64,000 nt of DNA from Diplonema japonicum (Eukaryota > Protista > Euglenozoa: Diplonemea), in assembly GCA_964019335.1 (NCBI GenBank), contig OZ025659.1:757063-821062 (forward strand), written 5' to 3'. Of the stretch, positions 1 through 10,746 are shown piece after piece. The notes under the pieces are model-generated. The model saw nothing but the letters and a program-made list of their open reading frames with translations. It did not search any database and was not told the origin of the DNA. The number at the start of each line of letters is the position of its first letter. Positions within the stretch are counted from its first letter, which is position 1. Made by a program: the position numbers and the translations under genes.

Positions 1-45
1 GATGGTATGCCCTTTGCCGCCCCAACCTTAAAAAACCTTATGCAG

Positions 46-210
46 GTGTCGATGTCTACGGTAAAGTCGGGCAAGTCGGCTAAGTCGAAGAACGGCGAGA
101 CACGGCAAAACGGGCACAGCGAGAAGGCTGAGGATACCCTGATGGCCATGGTGCTGAGCGAGGGTGTGGACTCTGATTTTAAAATACCCAGTGAGGGGTT
201 TGAGGGTTTG
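46..210 (+). CDS. Probable internal exon of a gene starting upstream of the window (unknown product)
   Basis: Preceded by a 41-nt GTATG...TGCAG intron (5-45) and followed by GTATGT at 211; open frame VSMSTVKSGK...FEGL. Confidence 0.5.
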
Positions 211-1656
211 GTATGTATCTTTAAGAACACGGGCCGTGTACAAAAAAAAAAAAAAAGAAAAAAAAAAAAAGGAACACATAAAACCGAACACTACTGTGGA
301 AAGCAGCAGCTCCGAAGCGTAGACGCAAAAAGAGACAAAAAAACCTTTTCATAATGTCATACCAGTAACAAAAAAAAAAAAAAAAAAAAAAAAAGAATTT
401 GAGCTTTTCATTCTCTACTTTTTCGTGCGGGCTTTCGGAGGGGGAGGAAATGTGTTTTTCTTTTTTTTTTTTAATTTGGGTAAGAGAAATAAAAAACGAA
501 TAAAAAAAAGGGGGGGGGGGATTTTGGAATAGCGTGTCTATACCTTCCGTTCAGCAGTTCTGCATCCACTGTATGTACTCCCTCTTTCCCTTCCCCTATT
601 CCCCCCCCTCCCCCCTTGCTGTGTCGAGCTTTGCTGTTTCGGTACACTGTTTCTTGTTTCCTCATCTTTGTGGCACTCTCGATGCCCCTTCTCGTTGCCG
701 TTCTTTCCGTATATTTCCCCCTTGTTCCACTTACATAAGGTGATTGAAGCATTTTCGGCCGTTAAAAAGAAGGGGGGAAAAAAAATGACCCGAACAAAAA
801 AATTTTTCGAAAAGTTACTAACAGTTCCCTTCCTCTTTTTTTTCTTCCCCTTTATTCTTTTTTTTAGTGGGGAGGGGGGGGGTTGATGCTCTGCTATTTA
901 CCTTACTGGTTATATGGAGCCTTTCTCTCACAAAAAGAAATTGTCCTATTTTTTCTTTTCTTTTTTCCAAAAAAAAAACTTTTCATTGTATTGTCACCCC
1001 CCCCCCCGCCTCCCCGCTCCCTCCCTCAGTCATCCATCACAACTTGAACACGGATTTGAACCAGAAAAAGATTTTTTTTAAAAAAAAAAAACCCGTAAAC
1101 CCGATGAAGTGCAATCGCTTTAAACCATGAACGGCAGAAAATACTCTTTTCCAGTAGAGATCCAAAGGATGGGACCTCGCTCCACGATTTCCCCCCCCTT
1201 TTTTTATTCTTTCGATGTGGCCTTTTTTTTTTTCTTCTTCCAGTTTAAAAAAAAAAAATGAAAATGATTAAAACTTATTATGCGGGGGAATGATTCTGCA
1301 AGTTGATACCGCCGAAGATCACCTTGATCTTTTTTCTGCATAATTAGCTTTTAGCAGAATCATCTATTTTTTTCTTTTTTTTTTTTGCAAAACCATGGGG
1401 GTTCCCTATGCTCTCTGGCGTCCCGTGTCCCGTCGCGGCCCACTGGTTCTCTCTAAACAAAAGGTGCGAAAAGGGGAGTAAAGAGGTGCGGCTTCCCCTC
1501 CTTTTAAATCCACCCCCCTTTTCCTCCTCATCAGTTAAGTACGTTCACAAGCTTCGGGGTAAAAAAAAGAAAAGAAAAAATGGAAAATAAAATAAAAAAA
1601 AAGAAAATGCAACAAAAATAGGAAATCCGCTATATGAATCACTGCGTTAACCATCT

Positions 1657-1690
<34 letters not shown>

Positions 1691-2193
1691 AAAAAAAAGC
1701 GAAACAAAAACAAAAAAAGATAAGGACAGGGGGGGGGGGGGAAGAATTTTTGATGAAGATTTTTTTTGTTAGTAGGTGACTGTCTTTAAAAAAAGGGGGG
1801 GGGAATGCAGAATCTTTTGAAAGATGAAAGAAAGATGAAGAAAAAGAAAAGAAAATGAAGAGAGAAGGAAATAAAAGGAAAGCAAAAGTATCTCTCCATG
1901 CGTGATGCCTCTCGAAGGACGTGGTTTCTTCTTTGTTGCTAGCACTTGTTCCCAATCATAGTGATTTTTTTATATTTTCCCACCCCCTTTCCTAGATGCA
2001 GTGGGTGCGTGTGCGTGGTAGTCGATGTTGACAAAAAAATGTAAAAAGAGAAAAAGAAGGGGGAAAAAAGACTTTATGAGCCACTAGCTCCATCCCTTTG
2101 TCCCTCCATCATCTTTCTCTTCTGGTGTGCCGCACTATTTTTTTTTATCTTTTTTTTGACAAAATACGTTTACTGGAATGTCATTCTTCTTAT

Positions 2194-2224
<31 letters not shown>

Positions 2225-2274
2225 CCCTGTTGCTCCTCATCTTCTCCATTTCCCTGCTTCTTTCCCACCACCCG

Positions 2275-2320
<46 letters not shown>

Positions 2321-2492
2321 CTTCCTTTCCCGCCACCCAGGATTCTTTTTTTATCTTCTTCTTCTTCCTTTTGTTTCTCAGTTTTTTATTGTTATTATTC
2401 TTGGTCAGAAAAAAAAAAAAACCGGAAAAGGAGGAGGGGGTGCTTGAATTACAGCGCAAAAACAACAAAGAAAAGAAAAGAAGACTGAAACA

Positions 2493-2678
2493 ATGACTGT
2501 AACAAAAGTGAAGAAGAATGCTGAGCTCCCCGCCACCGTTCAAAAGGCTTTGGGGGGCTACTTTGGGCAGTCCGTACAGCGGAAGAAGGCACTCCAGATG
2601 GAAAACCTACAGCTAGCACAGGGCATAGCGGCACTGAATTCCAACATTGAACACAAGGTATCACAAGCCAGGATTTAA
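2493..2678 (+). CDS. Possible 61-aa small protein
   Basis: ATG-initiated ORF with coding-like composition inside homopolymer-rich DNA, same strand as the cluster; no recognised motif. Confidence 0.35.
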   Translation: MTVTKVKKNAELPATVQKALGGYFGQSVQRKKALQMENLQLAQGIAALNSNIEHKVSQARI

Positions 2679-2979
2679 AAGAAATAAAAAAACTAAAATC
2701 AAACCAGGTAGCGCTCGGCCATTCTATTCAAGAGAAGAAAAGGTGAACCAGCACCATGCCCCCTCCCCCGAAATTAATTACACGCGTAAATATCCTCTTT
2801 TTTTTCCCCAGTGTTTTTTTCCCCCTTTTCTTTTTTTTTTTCTTTCAAGTGATCCTCCTTTACCCATTTATTACACGTAGTTCTTTTTGTTGCTTTTTTT
2901 TGTTCTTGGTGCGGTTACTTCTCGTTTTCTTTCCCTACTCTGCAGCCCTTCCTTGTGTACCTCACAGCAGGACGGCAGT

Positions 2980-3363
2980 ATGAGTGGCCTTGATCAGCTG
3001 GAAGAGATGTTCAAAGAGGACGCCACCCAAGAGCGGTTGAGTGCGTTCATGCACAAGGAGGCTGAAGTGAACACTATGTTCACAGAGGCCAGTATCGGCT
3101 CAGAGCAGAAGCTGGAGTACACAGAGGTGCATCTCAAGTACTGCGAGATGCTGGAGAGCATCCTTGAGGGGTTCCTGAGCAGACATACCTCCGTCACGAG
3201 GGACGGTGTCCTCAAGGAGCTCGCCTGCATCGACAACAGCAACGACATTCTTGTTTGCGCCCCTTATATATCAGCAGGGATCGATTACAGGGCCTTCATC
3301 GACCTTGTGGCGCAGTGGAAGGCCTCCTATGCGGACGAGGAGGAGGAGGAAGAGGAAGAATAG
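2980..3363 (+). CDS. BART/ARL2-binding domain protein (ARL2BP/CFAP36-like)
   Basis: Motif EQKLEYTEVHLKYCEMLESILEGFL, acidic tail; CACAG acceptor just upstream of ATG 2980. Confidence 0.75.
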   Translation: MSGLDQLEEMFKEDATQERLSAFMHKEAEVNTMFTEASIGSEQKLEYTEVHLKYCEMLESILEGFLSRHTSVTRDGVLKELACIDNSNDILVCAPYISAGIDYRAFIDLVAQWKASYADEEEEEEEE

Positions 3364-3438
3364 ATGTTTACAGTCTGACACGAGACACATGACTTTTATT
3401 GCTTGTTGTGTTCTTCATGTTCACTCACACAGGTGGCA

Positions 3439-4764
3439 ATGGACCTCGATGGCACAACATGCATCCAAGTGTCCGACTGCCTCAAGGACCGCCACCCCTA
3501 CAGTCGGAGCGACAGGGGAACGGTCATCAACAGCTCCAATGGGTTCGGTCTTGGGGGCATTCAGGACAGCATCAGCACACTCGGAGCGAAAGAAGGGAAG
3601 TCTGTGAAACAAAAAGAAGAAGCTCTGGTGCACTTGTTGAGGAAGTTGTCCAGTGCCGAGATGAAGACGCGCCTTGTCTCGATGGGGTTGCTGCAAGGCT
3701 TGAAAGAGGTCACAACACCACCCGGCTCTCTTTCCTTGAAATGTGACAAACTTGCTTGCGATGCACTGCGGCAGCTGTCAGTGCTTCCCTCATGTATGGC
3801 AGACCTGTACGCCAACAACTGCGTCGAGATGGTGGTGGCCGTCCTGCAGCACCACACGGACCCCACTACACAGCTCGCAGCGTGCAACGCTTTGAAACAG
3901 ATGTCGGAGATTTGGGACGGCAAAGCCTTGCTTCTAGGAGAGCCCCTCCCCGAGGGGATGGTGGAAATAGCTGATGATTTGCAGACAACGATGAAGCGGG
4001 ACAACCTTGCCAGGGGCATCGTCGCAGCGCTGACTTCGATCATTCTCCACGAGCACAAACCGCTGGTCACTGCTTCGTTGAAAACGTTGGCGAACCTCAC
4101 AACCCTTGAGAAAGGGCTGCAGCATGCGTTGTGTGAGAATGTGTTTGCAGACATCAACAAACTGCTTGAGAACACAAGTGCGTCGGAGGACTGGATGTTC
4201 AACGACGACGCGGTCGAGATCGTGCACCAGTCGGTTGTGGTGGTCTGGAACATTTCTCTGGACGACTTTGGGAAGGAAAGATCGTTAGAGCTCCCGCTTG
4301 TGCCGTACACATTGGGGCGGCTGCTGCACGCTGTGCTGAAGTACCCTGACAAGCTGATCAATGTGAAGGCGTCCATTGCAGGCGCCATCAGCGCCATGTA
4401 CGTAAGGGCAGATGCCAAACGCACGTGCCTGACGCCCTTGCACGACCCACCACTTGTGGAGGCCGGTGCTGAGGTTGACTTGTGCGTACTACTTGTAAAA
4501 CTGCTCAAGCAAGCGAACGCTCTGTATGGACCCATCCAAAAGGCTGTGAAGCATGGTGTGGACATCGATGACAGCAACCTCTCACACGTCACGTCGGTTA
4601 TTGCAAACTGCAACCAGTGCATTAGGCTGCTTTCAGAGCTGCCGTGTGCGCGCAAGAGGGTCAAGTCGATCTTGGAGAATGAGGACATCTACATACGCAG
4701 GCAAATCTTCTATGGAACACACTTCGAAGCGGAATTCTTACCGCAGGGGGTGAAGACCTATTGA
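3439..4764 (+). CDS. ARM/HEAT-repeat protein (possibly RSPH14-like)
   Basis: Long ORF with helical ARM-like repeats (ACDALRQLS, ACNALKQMS, SLKTLANLT). Confidence 0.65.
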   Translation: MDLDGTTCIQVSDCLKDRHPYSRSDRGTVINSSNGFGLGGIQDSISTLGAKEGKSVKQKEEALVHLLRKLSSAEMKTRLVSMGLLQGLKEVTTPPGSLSLKCDKLACDALRQLSVLPSCMADLYANNCVEMVVAVLQHHTDPTTQLAACNALKQMSEIWDGKALLLGEPLPEGMVEIADDLQTTMKRDNLARGIVAALTSIILHEHKPLVTASLKTLANLTTLEKGLQHALCENVFADINKLLENTSASEDWMFNDDAVEIVHQSVVVVWNISLDDFGKERSLELPLVPYTLGRLLHAVLKYPDKLINVKASIAGAISAMYVRADAKRTCLTPLHDPPLVEAGAEVDLCVLLVKLLKQANALYGPIQKAVKHGVDIDDSNLSHVTSVIANCNQCIRLLSELPCARKRVKSILENEDIYIRRQIFYGTHFEAEFLPQGVKTY

Positions 4765-4845
4765 CAGCGTTTGACGGTTAGTGTTAATAAAGCTTTATTA
4801 TTATTTGCCATACACCCTTTACTCACCACAGGCACCGGCAATACT

Positions 4846-6175
4846 ATGCGCCCCGTTCAGAAGTGGTTGGTGCTTGCTGCCTTTTGCTACAACACGGCAT
4901 GTAATTCTTTCATGTTCATGGACTTTGCCACTGTCGGAGAGTATGTAATAACAAGAAGCCACATGACACCCGCACAGTGTTTCGAAAGAGGAGTTCGGTA
5001 TTGGTGACTCCGCCTTGAACTGGCTGTACTCCGCGTCGCTTCTGTCGGTGCTGCCCATTGCTTTCCCCGTGTCGTTCTACCTAAACAAGTACAACATGCT
5101 GACAACTGGCTACGGCGTGTGTATGAATGTGCTAGGCGGGTGGCTGAGGTACTTCTCTGCAGTGCATTCGAACTACACTCTTGCTGTGATATCCTCGATC
5201 GCTATTGGGCAGGGCGCTGGTGTTATCATCACCTCTGTTGCGCACGTCCCGCAGAGTTGGTTCCCCAAACAGACGAGGATGCTCGCAACGTCGATTGGTG
5301 TGCAGGCCAACTACGCAGGGTGGTGCCTGGCGACTGTGCTCCTGCCGTACACAATCAACAATACGGCCGATCTGGAGCGCCTGCTTCTCATTCAAGCCAT
5401 CATTGTGTCGGGGGCATTTGTGATGTTCATAGCGTTCCACAGGGCTCCTCCGGCTGAAGTCGGAACCAGCAAGAGCCTCACAACTAAGGACGCAGTCAGC
5501 AATAACTTGCCGTTCTTTGCAGAGTTCTCGCGAGTCATCAAGGAGCTTGCTTACAACAAGAAGTTCCTTGTGGAGCTGATTGCCTTCTCCATCCTGGGTG
5601 GGGTGTCCTTCACCATCCCCGCTGTGCAGGGCGAAGTGTTCGACAACTTTGACACGAAAGAGACAGCGTGGACCAACTTTGCGTTTGTTTTCTCTGGTGT
5701 TGTGGGAGGGCTGATCTTCGGCACCGTAAAACCGGAGTATGTGGACAGAATCATCACCGCATGCTTCGTGTTGTGCAGCGTGGGGCTGACGTTGCTGGTG
5801 GCGCTGTCGTATGTCCCGTCGGAGCACATCTCCTTTAAGACACAGTACATTCTATCGATTATCCTGATGGCGGTGTCGGGGTGTTCGTCTCTTGGGTTCA
5901 TTGGGCCGGCTCTTAGCAAAGCCTGCAGAAACGCGCATCCAATCAGCCATTCATGGTCAGGGGGTGCAGTTGAGTGGTGGATCCAGTTGTGGGGCACTGG
6001 GCTGACGCAGATGTCAGTCGTCGTGAATTTCAGCGGGTGTGCGGTGTCAGCCATCCTTGGGACCATCTTGATCCTGGCTGAAGACTCCATCGTAGGGAAC
6101 AACAACGAAGATGGCGAAGCCCTTGCACACATCAACGAGGTAGCACATGAAGAAGAAGATGGGATCGAGAGCTAA
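4846..6175 (+). CDS. MFS transporter, FLVCR/SLC49-like; intron 4941-4977
   Basis: Splicing the 37-nt GTATGT..CACAG intron joins the two ORFs in frame; many TM helices; WFPKQTRMLATSIG motif. Confidence 0.85.
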
Positions 6176-6489
6176 AGGAGGCGGGGGGAAAAGATATCTT
6201 TATAAATGCTCTCACTGTCAAGAAAGGGATGAAAGATAAAAATGTGATTAGTGCCTCTGCTTCAAGCCACGTGTGATCAATGTCCGTTTCAAGTAACGTG
6301 GCGGTCGGCTCTCTCCCTCACCCCTTTCTCTTTTTTTTTTAATAAACTGGAAAAGAAAACAAAACAGAACAGTGCAGCACGTGTAAATTATTTTGGCCCT
6401 TTGACGCCAGATCGACACACTCGCTGATCGGAGTTAAAAGGGCTAGGCGAAGGGGGGAAGGAAAGTCTCGGGGAGGGCGTCGGCCTTTT

Positions 6490-6539
<50 letters not shown>

Positions 6540-7631
6540 GCGAGGTCACTTACCCCGACTTTGCATCACAATCACCTCTTTTTTATTTTCTCATTTGGCG
6601 AAAATCCTCCGTTATTTTTAGAAGAAAAATAGTGGGGGGAAGAAGGTAGCAACACGCGTGTGGTACCTGGCACGGGTAGTGGTTTTCTCTTTTTTTTTTT
6701 GTTCTGTTTGTGGTCTCCTAACACCCCCTTCCCTCCCTCCTCCCTTTTTTTAAAAAATACTGCTAATGGGAACTTTCTGGGGTCGTTCTGAGTCATTTTG
6801 GCTACTGAACGCAAGGAGGGGGACACTTCACCCGATTTATTTTCCCTTTCGCAGCAAACAAAGAAAAATCGGAAGATATAAAAGTTGTTAAAATGGGGAA
6901 TGTATACAAAAAAAGAAAAAAAGGCACGTTGTAGTTGCATTTCCTGTGTGAAGATTTAATTAAAAAAGGGGGAACGAATGCAAGAGAAAACAAGGAAAGG
7001 GAAGGATGATAATTAGGTAGGCGAAAAATCGTTCACCTTTATACGTGCTTGTGCTAGTGTTTTTCTTTTCTTTTTTTCCTATTCTTCTTTAACCTTCCTG
7101 TGCCCACTGCTGACTGGTTTTCACCTTTTTTTCGCTTTAAAAAATGGAATTCTTGCATTCTCAAAGAAACTGGCCCTTTCAGATGAACACCAAAAGAAGA
7201 ATTAGAAAAGTAGGGCCCAGACTTTTCAAAGTAAGTTTTCAATCGTCCAAAAAAAAAAAAATGATTTTTTTTTGGACGAAGGGGTGCAGGAAGGTTAAAT
7301 GCTTTGTTGTGTGATCGTGTTTTTTTGTCTGTTTGTTTTGTGCGTGTTTTAGGGCAGCTCCACAGGCAGTTTACTTCCCCCCCCCCCCCCCCCTCCCTAT
7401 TTTTTAGTAAAGTGCCACCTCACTTCATTTCTATGTCAATGGTGAGGCACACAGCCATGCTGCTCCATCAAACAAGCACGGCGTGCCGGCCTCCTGGACG
7501 TAGCCCTACAATTAATACTCAGCATAAGGTAGCTACTTACGGTGTTTCGTAAGTTTGTTTGGTCTCTTTCCGCTCTTTTTATACTTCCACCCTTTCGCAC
7601 CCTTCACTGTCTCGCAGGGTTATCAAGCTAC

Positions 7632-9994
7632 ATGGCAACATCTCCACGTGCGTCGGGCACCCTGAGTGCTGGCAAGATCTCATACCAGGAGGTGAAGGAG
7701 CACAACAAGCCTGAAGACTGCTGGATGATTATCTGCGGAAAGGTCTACAACTTGACCTCCTTCGCAAGCGAACACCCGGGCGGTGAGGCCGTCGTGACGG
7801 AGCAGGCCGGGCTTGACGCGACAGAGCCCTTCCTCCACGCACACCCCGAGAGCATTATGAAGCTCACCCTCGGCCCCAAGGGTCTCCAGGAGTGCTACGT
7901 CGGCGATGTGGACATGGCCACTGTCCCCGATGATGCAAAGAAGGCCACCAAAGTCGCTGCCGTGGCCCCCGAGGCCGTCCTGGACCCCGTCCCTCCTATT
8001 GAAGCGGTCCTCAACCTCCATGACATAGCGGCCATTGCACAGAACAAGATGCTTGCAACGGGCAAGAAGCAGGCGTGGGATTATTACTCCTCCGGCGCAG
8101 ACGACGAACTCACCTACAATGAGAACGTGAACGCCTTCCAGCGCATCTGGCTCAAGCCACGTATCATGGTGAACGTCGCGAACGTGAACACGGAGGCTAC
8201 CATGCTCGATGTGAAGGCAAAGTTCCCCGTTTACCTATCTGCTGTGGCAATGTGCGGCATGGGGCACTCAGACGGTGAGTGCGCCTGGATGCGAGGCGCA
8301 GCTGCCGCCAACGTGCCCTTCATGATCCCCAACCTGTCGTCGAAGCCTTTTGACGAAATTGTGAACGCCTCGGCACCCGGGCAGGAGTCGTGGTTCCAGA
8401 TCTACGTCAACCCCGACAAGAGCGTTGTAGCGGAGCAGCTGGTAGCACTTGAGAAGGCAGGTGTGAAGGCTATCTGCCTGACTGTCGATTCTGCTGTCCC
8501 GGGGAAGAGGGAGCGTGACTTGAGGAACAAGATCGCGATGCAGCTCGGTCAGCAAAAGCAGCAGTCGGCCGCAGCAAGCAACACCAAATCGAGGAAGGCA
8601 GGGAACTACGCCAACAGAGACCCTGCTCTTAACTGGGAAGACCTTGCGTGGTTCAAGGAGCACACCACGATCCCTATTGTCCTGAAGGGTGTCCAGTGCG
8701 CTGAGGACGCGCTCCTTGCTGCCCAGCACGGGTGCAAGGGTATCGTCCTCTCCAACCATGGTGGAAGGAACTTGGACACCAGCCGAGCAGGTATTGAGGT
8801 TCTGCCTGAGGTGATGGAAATCCTGAGGGAGAACAAACTTGAGGACAAGATCGAAGTTTACGTCGACGGTGGCATCAGGAGGGGGACGGACATTCTGAAG
8901 GCGCTCGCTCTGGGTGCCAAAGGTGTGGGTCTTGGGAAGCCTGCTGTCTATGCCATGTATGCTATTTTTTTCCAGAAGTAATCTTACGCAAAATAAACCA
9001 CAGGTCTGCCTACGGTCATGAGGGTATTACGAAGATGGTGAATATCTTGCACGAAGAGCTAATCAAAGCCATGCAGCTGTGCGGTGCCACATGCATTGCT
9101 GACTTGAAGCCTTCAATGGTGAACCTCAAGTCGCTGACCAACCATGTCGACGTGGCACCCATCCCACCCAGCCCCTTCTCGCACGCACCTCCTGTGAAGA
9201 ACGTGAGGAACCCAAGCGTTGAGGAGAAGAAGAGTGCGGATCAGATTGTAGCGGAGATCAAAACACTGGAGAAACAGCTTGCTTCGATGGGCGAGAGGGA
9301 CAGGCATCCTTCGGTCATACCGACGGGGAACATCCTGCTGTTTGCCACCGCTATGGGCAAGGGCCTGGCGTCATCTATCTTCTCCACTACCCCTGCAGGG
9401 TGTCTTCACAGGTCGGCAGTGTTCCTTTTCTTCTTCCTCATCATACACGCGATGACTAACGCTTCTGTGTTCCTCGGCGGCGATGTGTTCAACGGTGCTT
9501 GCCACCTCATCAAACAGAACCCTCTTACGGTGTTCTTTGAGTACTACCTGCTCCTCGGAGCAGGGCTGCACACCCTTGTGGCGCTGTACTTTACTAAGAA
9601 CAAGATTAACTACATCATGAAGAACCCCCTGCAGAACGGGAGGTTGATGCTCAGCTCGATCGGAATTTCAGTGTTCTTGCTGATGCACCTTGACCACTTC
9701 AGGTTTGGGGACATTAAGGTTAACGAGGCCGGGCAGCACGATTTCTACGCCATGCAGCAGCAGGTGTTCGCGGACCCAGTCAATGTGGTGCTCTACTCAT
9801 TGGGTTCTGTTGCTTTCCTCGTCCACCTTCAGGCGGGCTGGCCCAAGACTGTCCTAAAGATGGCCCTCCCTGACACGCAGAGGAAGATCGTTTCTGAGAT
9901 GGGCCAGGCCCTCGTCATGCCACTCTGCCTCCTTTACTGCGTCATCCCCGTTATGATCTTCTTGACCTCCAGCGGTTACACAGAGAGCAACTGA
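7632..9994 (+). CDS. Fusion: cytochrome b5 + FMN-dependent L-alpha-hydroxy-acid dehydrogenase (flavocytochrome b2-like) + SdhC/b558-type diheme cytochrome b; intron 8957-9003; 771 aa
   Basis: HPGG b5 motif; NHGGR and DGGIRRGTD FMN_dh motifs; splicing the 47-nt intron restores YAM|SAYG; C-terminal TM domain with His in LIIHAMTN, GLHTLVA, LLMHLDH, LVHLQAG. Confidence 0.88.
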
Positions 9995-10298
9995 GGAAAC
10001 TGATTACGATTACACGTTGATTGACAGGCAGCGCTGTTCCCACAAGAAATAAAGAAATAGAAAAAGAAATTTTTGACCGATTAATCCCTTTCCGTCATCA
10101 ACAAAAGCGATTTTCTTTCCCCCCCCCCTTTTTTTTCATTGTACCGAGACATTTCCCTCCAAAACTCGGAAAGAAAAAGAGAAAAAAAAGCGGAAATACA
10201 TACTCCCAGGATGGAGGGCAGCTGGTATTGCTCCCCTTTGAAAAAGCAGAGTTTTCATTTTTTTATTTTCTTTTCTTTGGACTTTGAACCCTTCTCCG

Positions 10299-10329
<31 letters not shown>

Positions 10330-10746
10330 TTTATTGTTCCCAGCATACAAAGACCATCATGTGTTGACAGGGATCGACAAACTCCAAAGTGAATGTCTTG
10401 AGCTCCCTTTCCTATTGTGCCGTTTCGCTTTTTTTATGTTTGGCATGGCGTGTAGTATGTCAGCTTTTTTCTTTCCCTTTTATTTTGTTTTCTTTTTTAT
10501 GCTTTCCCCCCCGCTCCTCATTTTGTTCCCGTGTCCCTGCCATGGCAGTGGTTATTTTTTCGGATTTCCTTCAGATAGAATTCGGTACAAAGAAAAAAGC
10601 TGCAGTACTCGTGCTCCAGCAGTCTCTTGGCATACCCACATAAAGTCTGGACACGAAAAACCAAAAAATAATTCCATCCACTTCGTATTCGCTTTTGCAG
10701 CCTTCTGCCTGCACCCCTTACCCTTACCCTTGCCAACAGATGCAAC

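Noticed and set aside
2098-2543. Poly-Phe/poly-Lys ORFs
   Set aside because: Homopolymer artefacts
3561-4688. Long antisense ORFs shadowing + genes (also 21412-22428 and others)
   Set aside because: Expected from codon bias; no motifs
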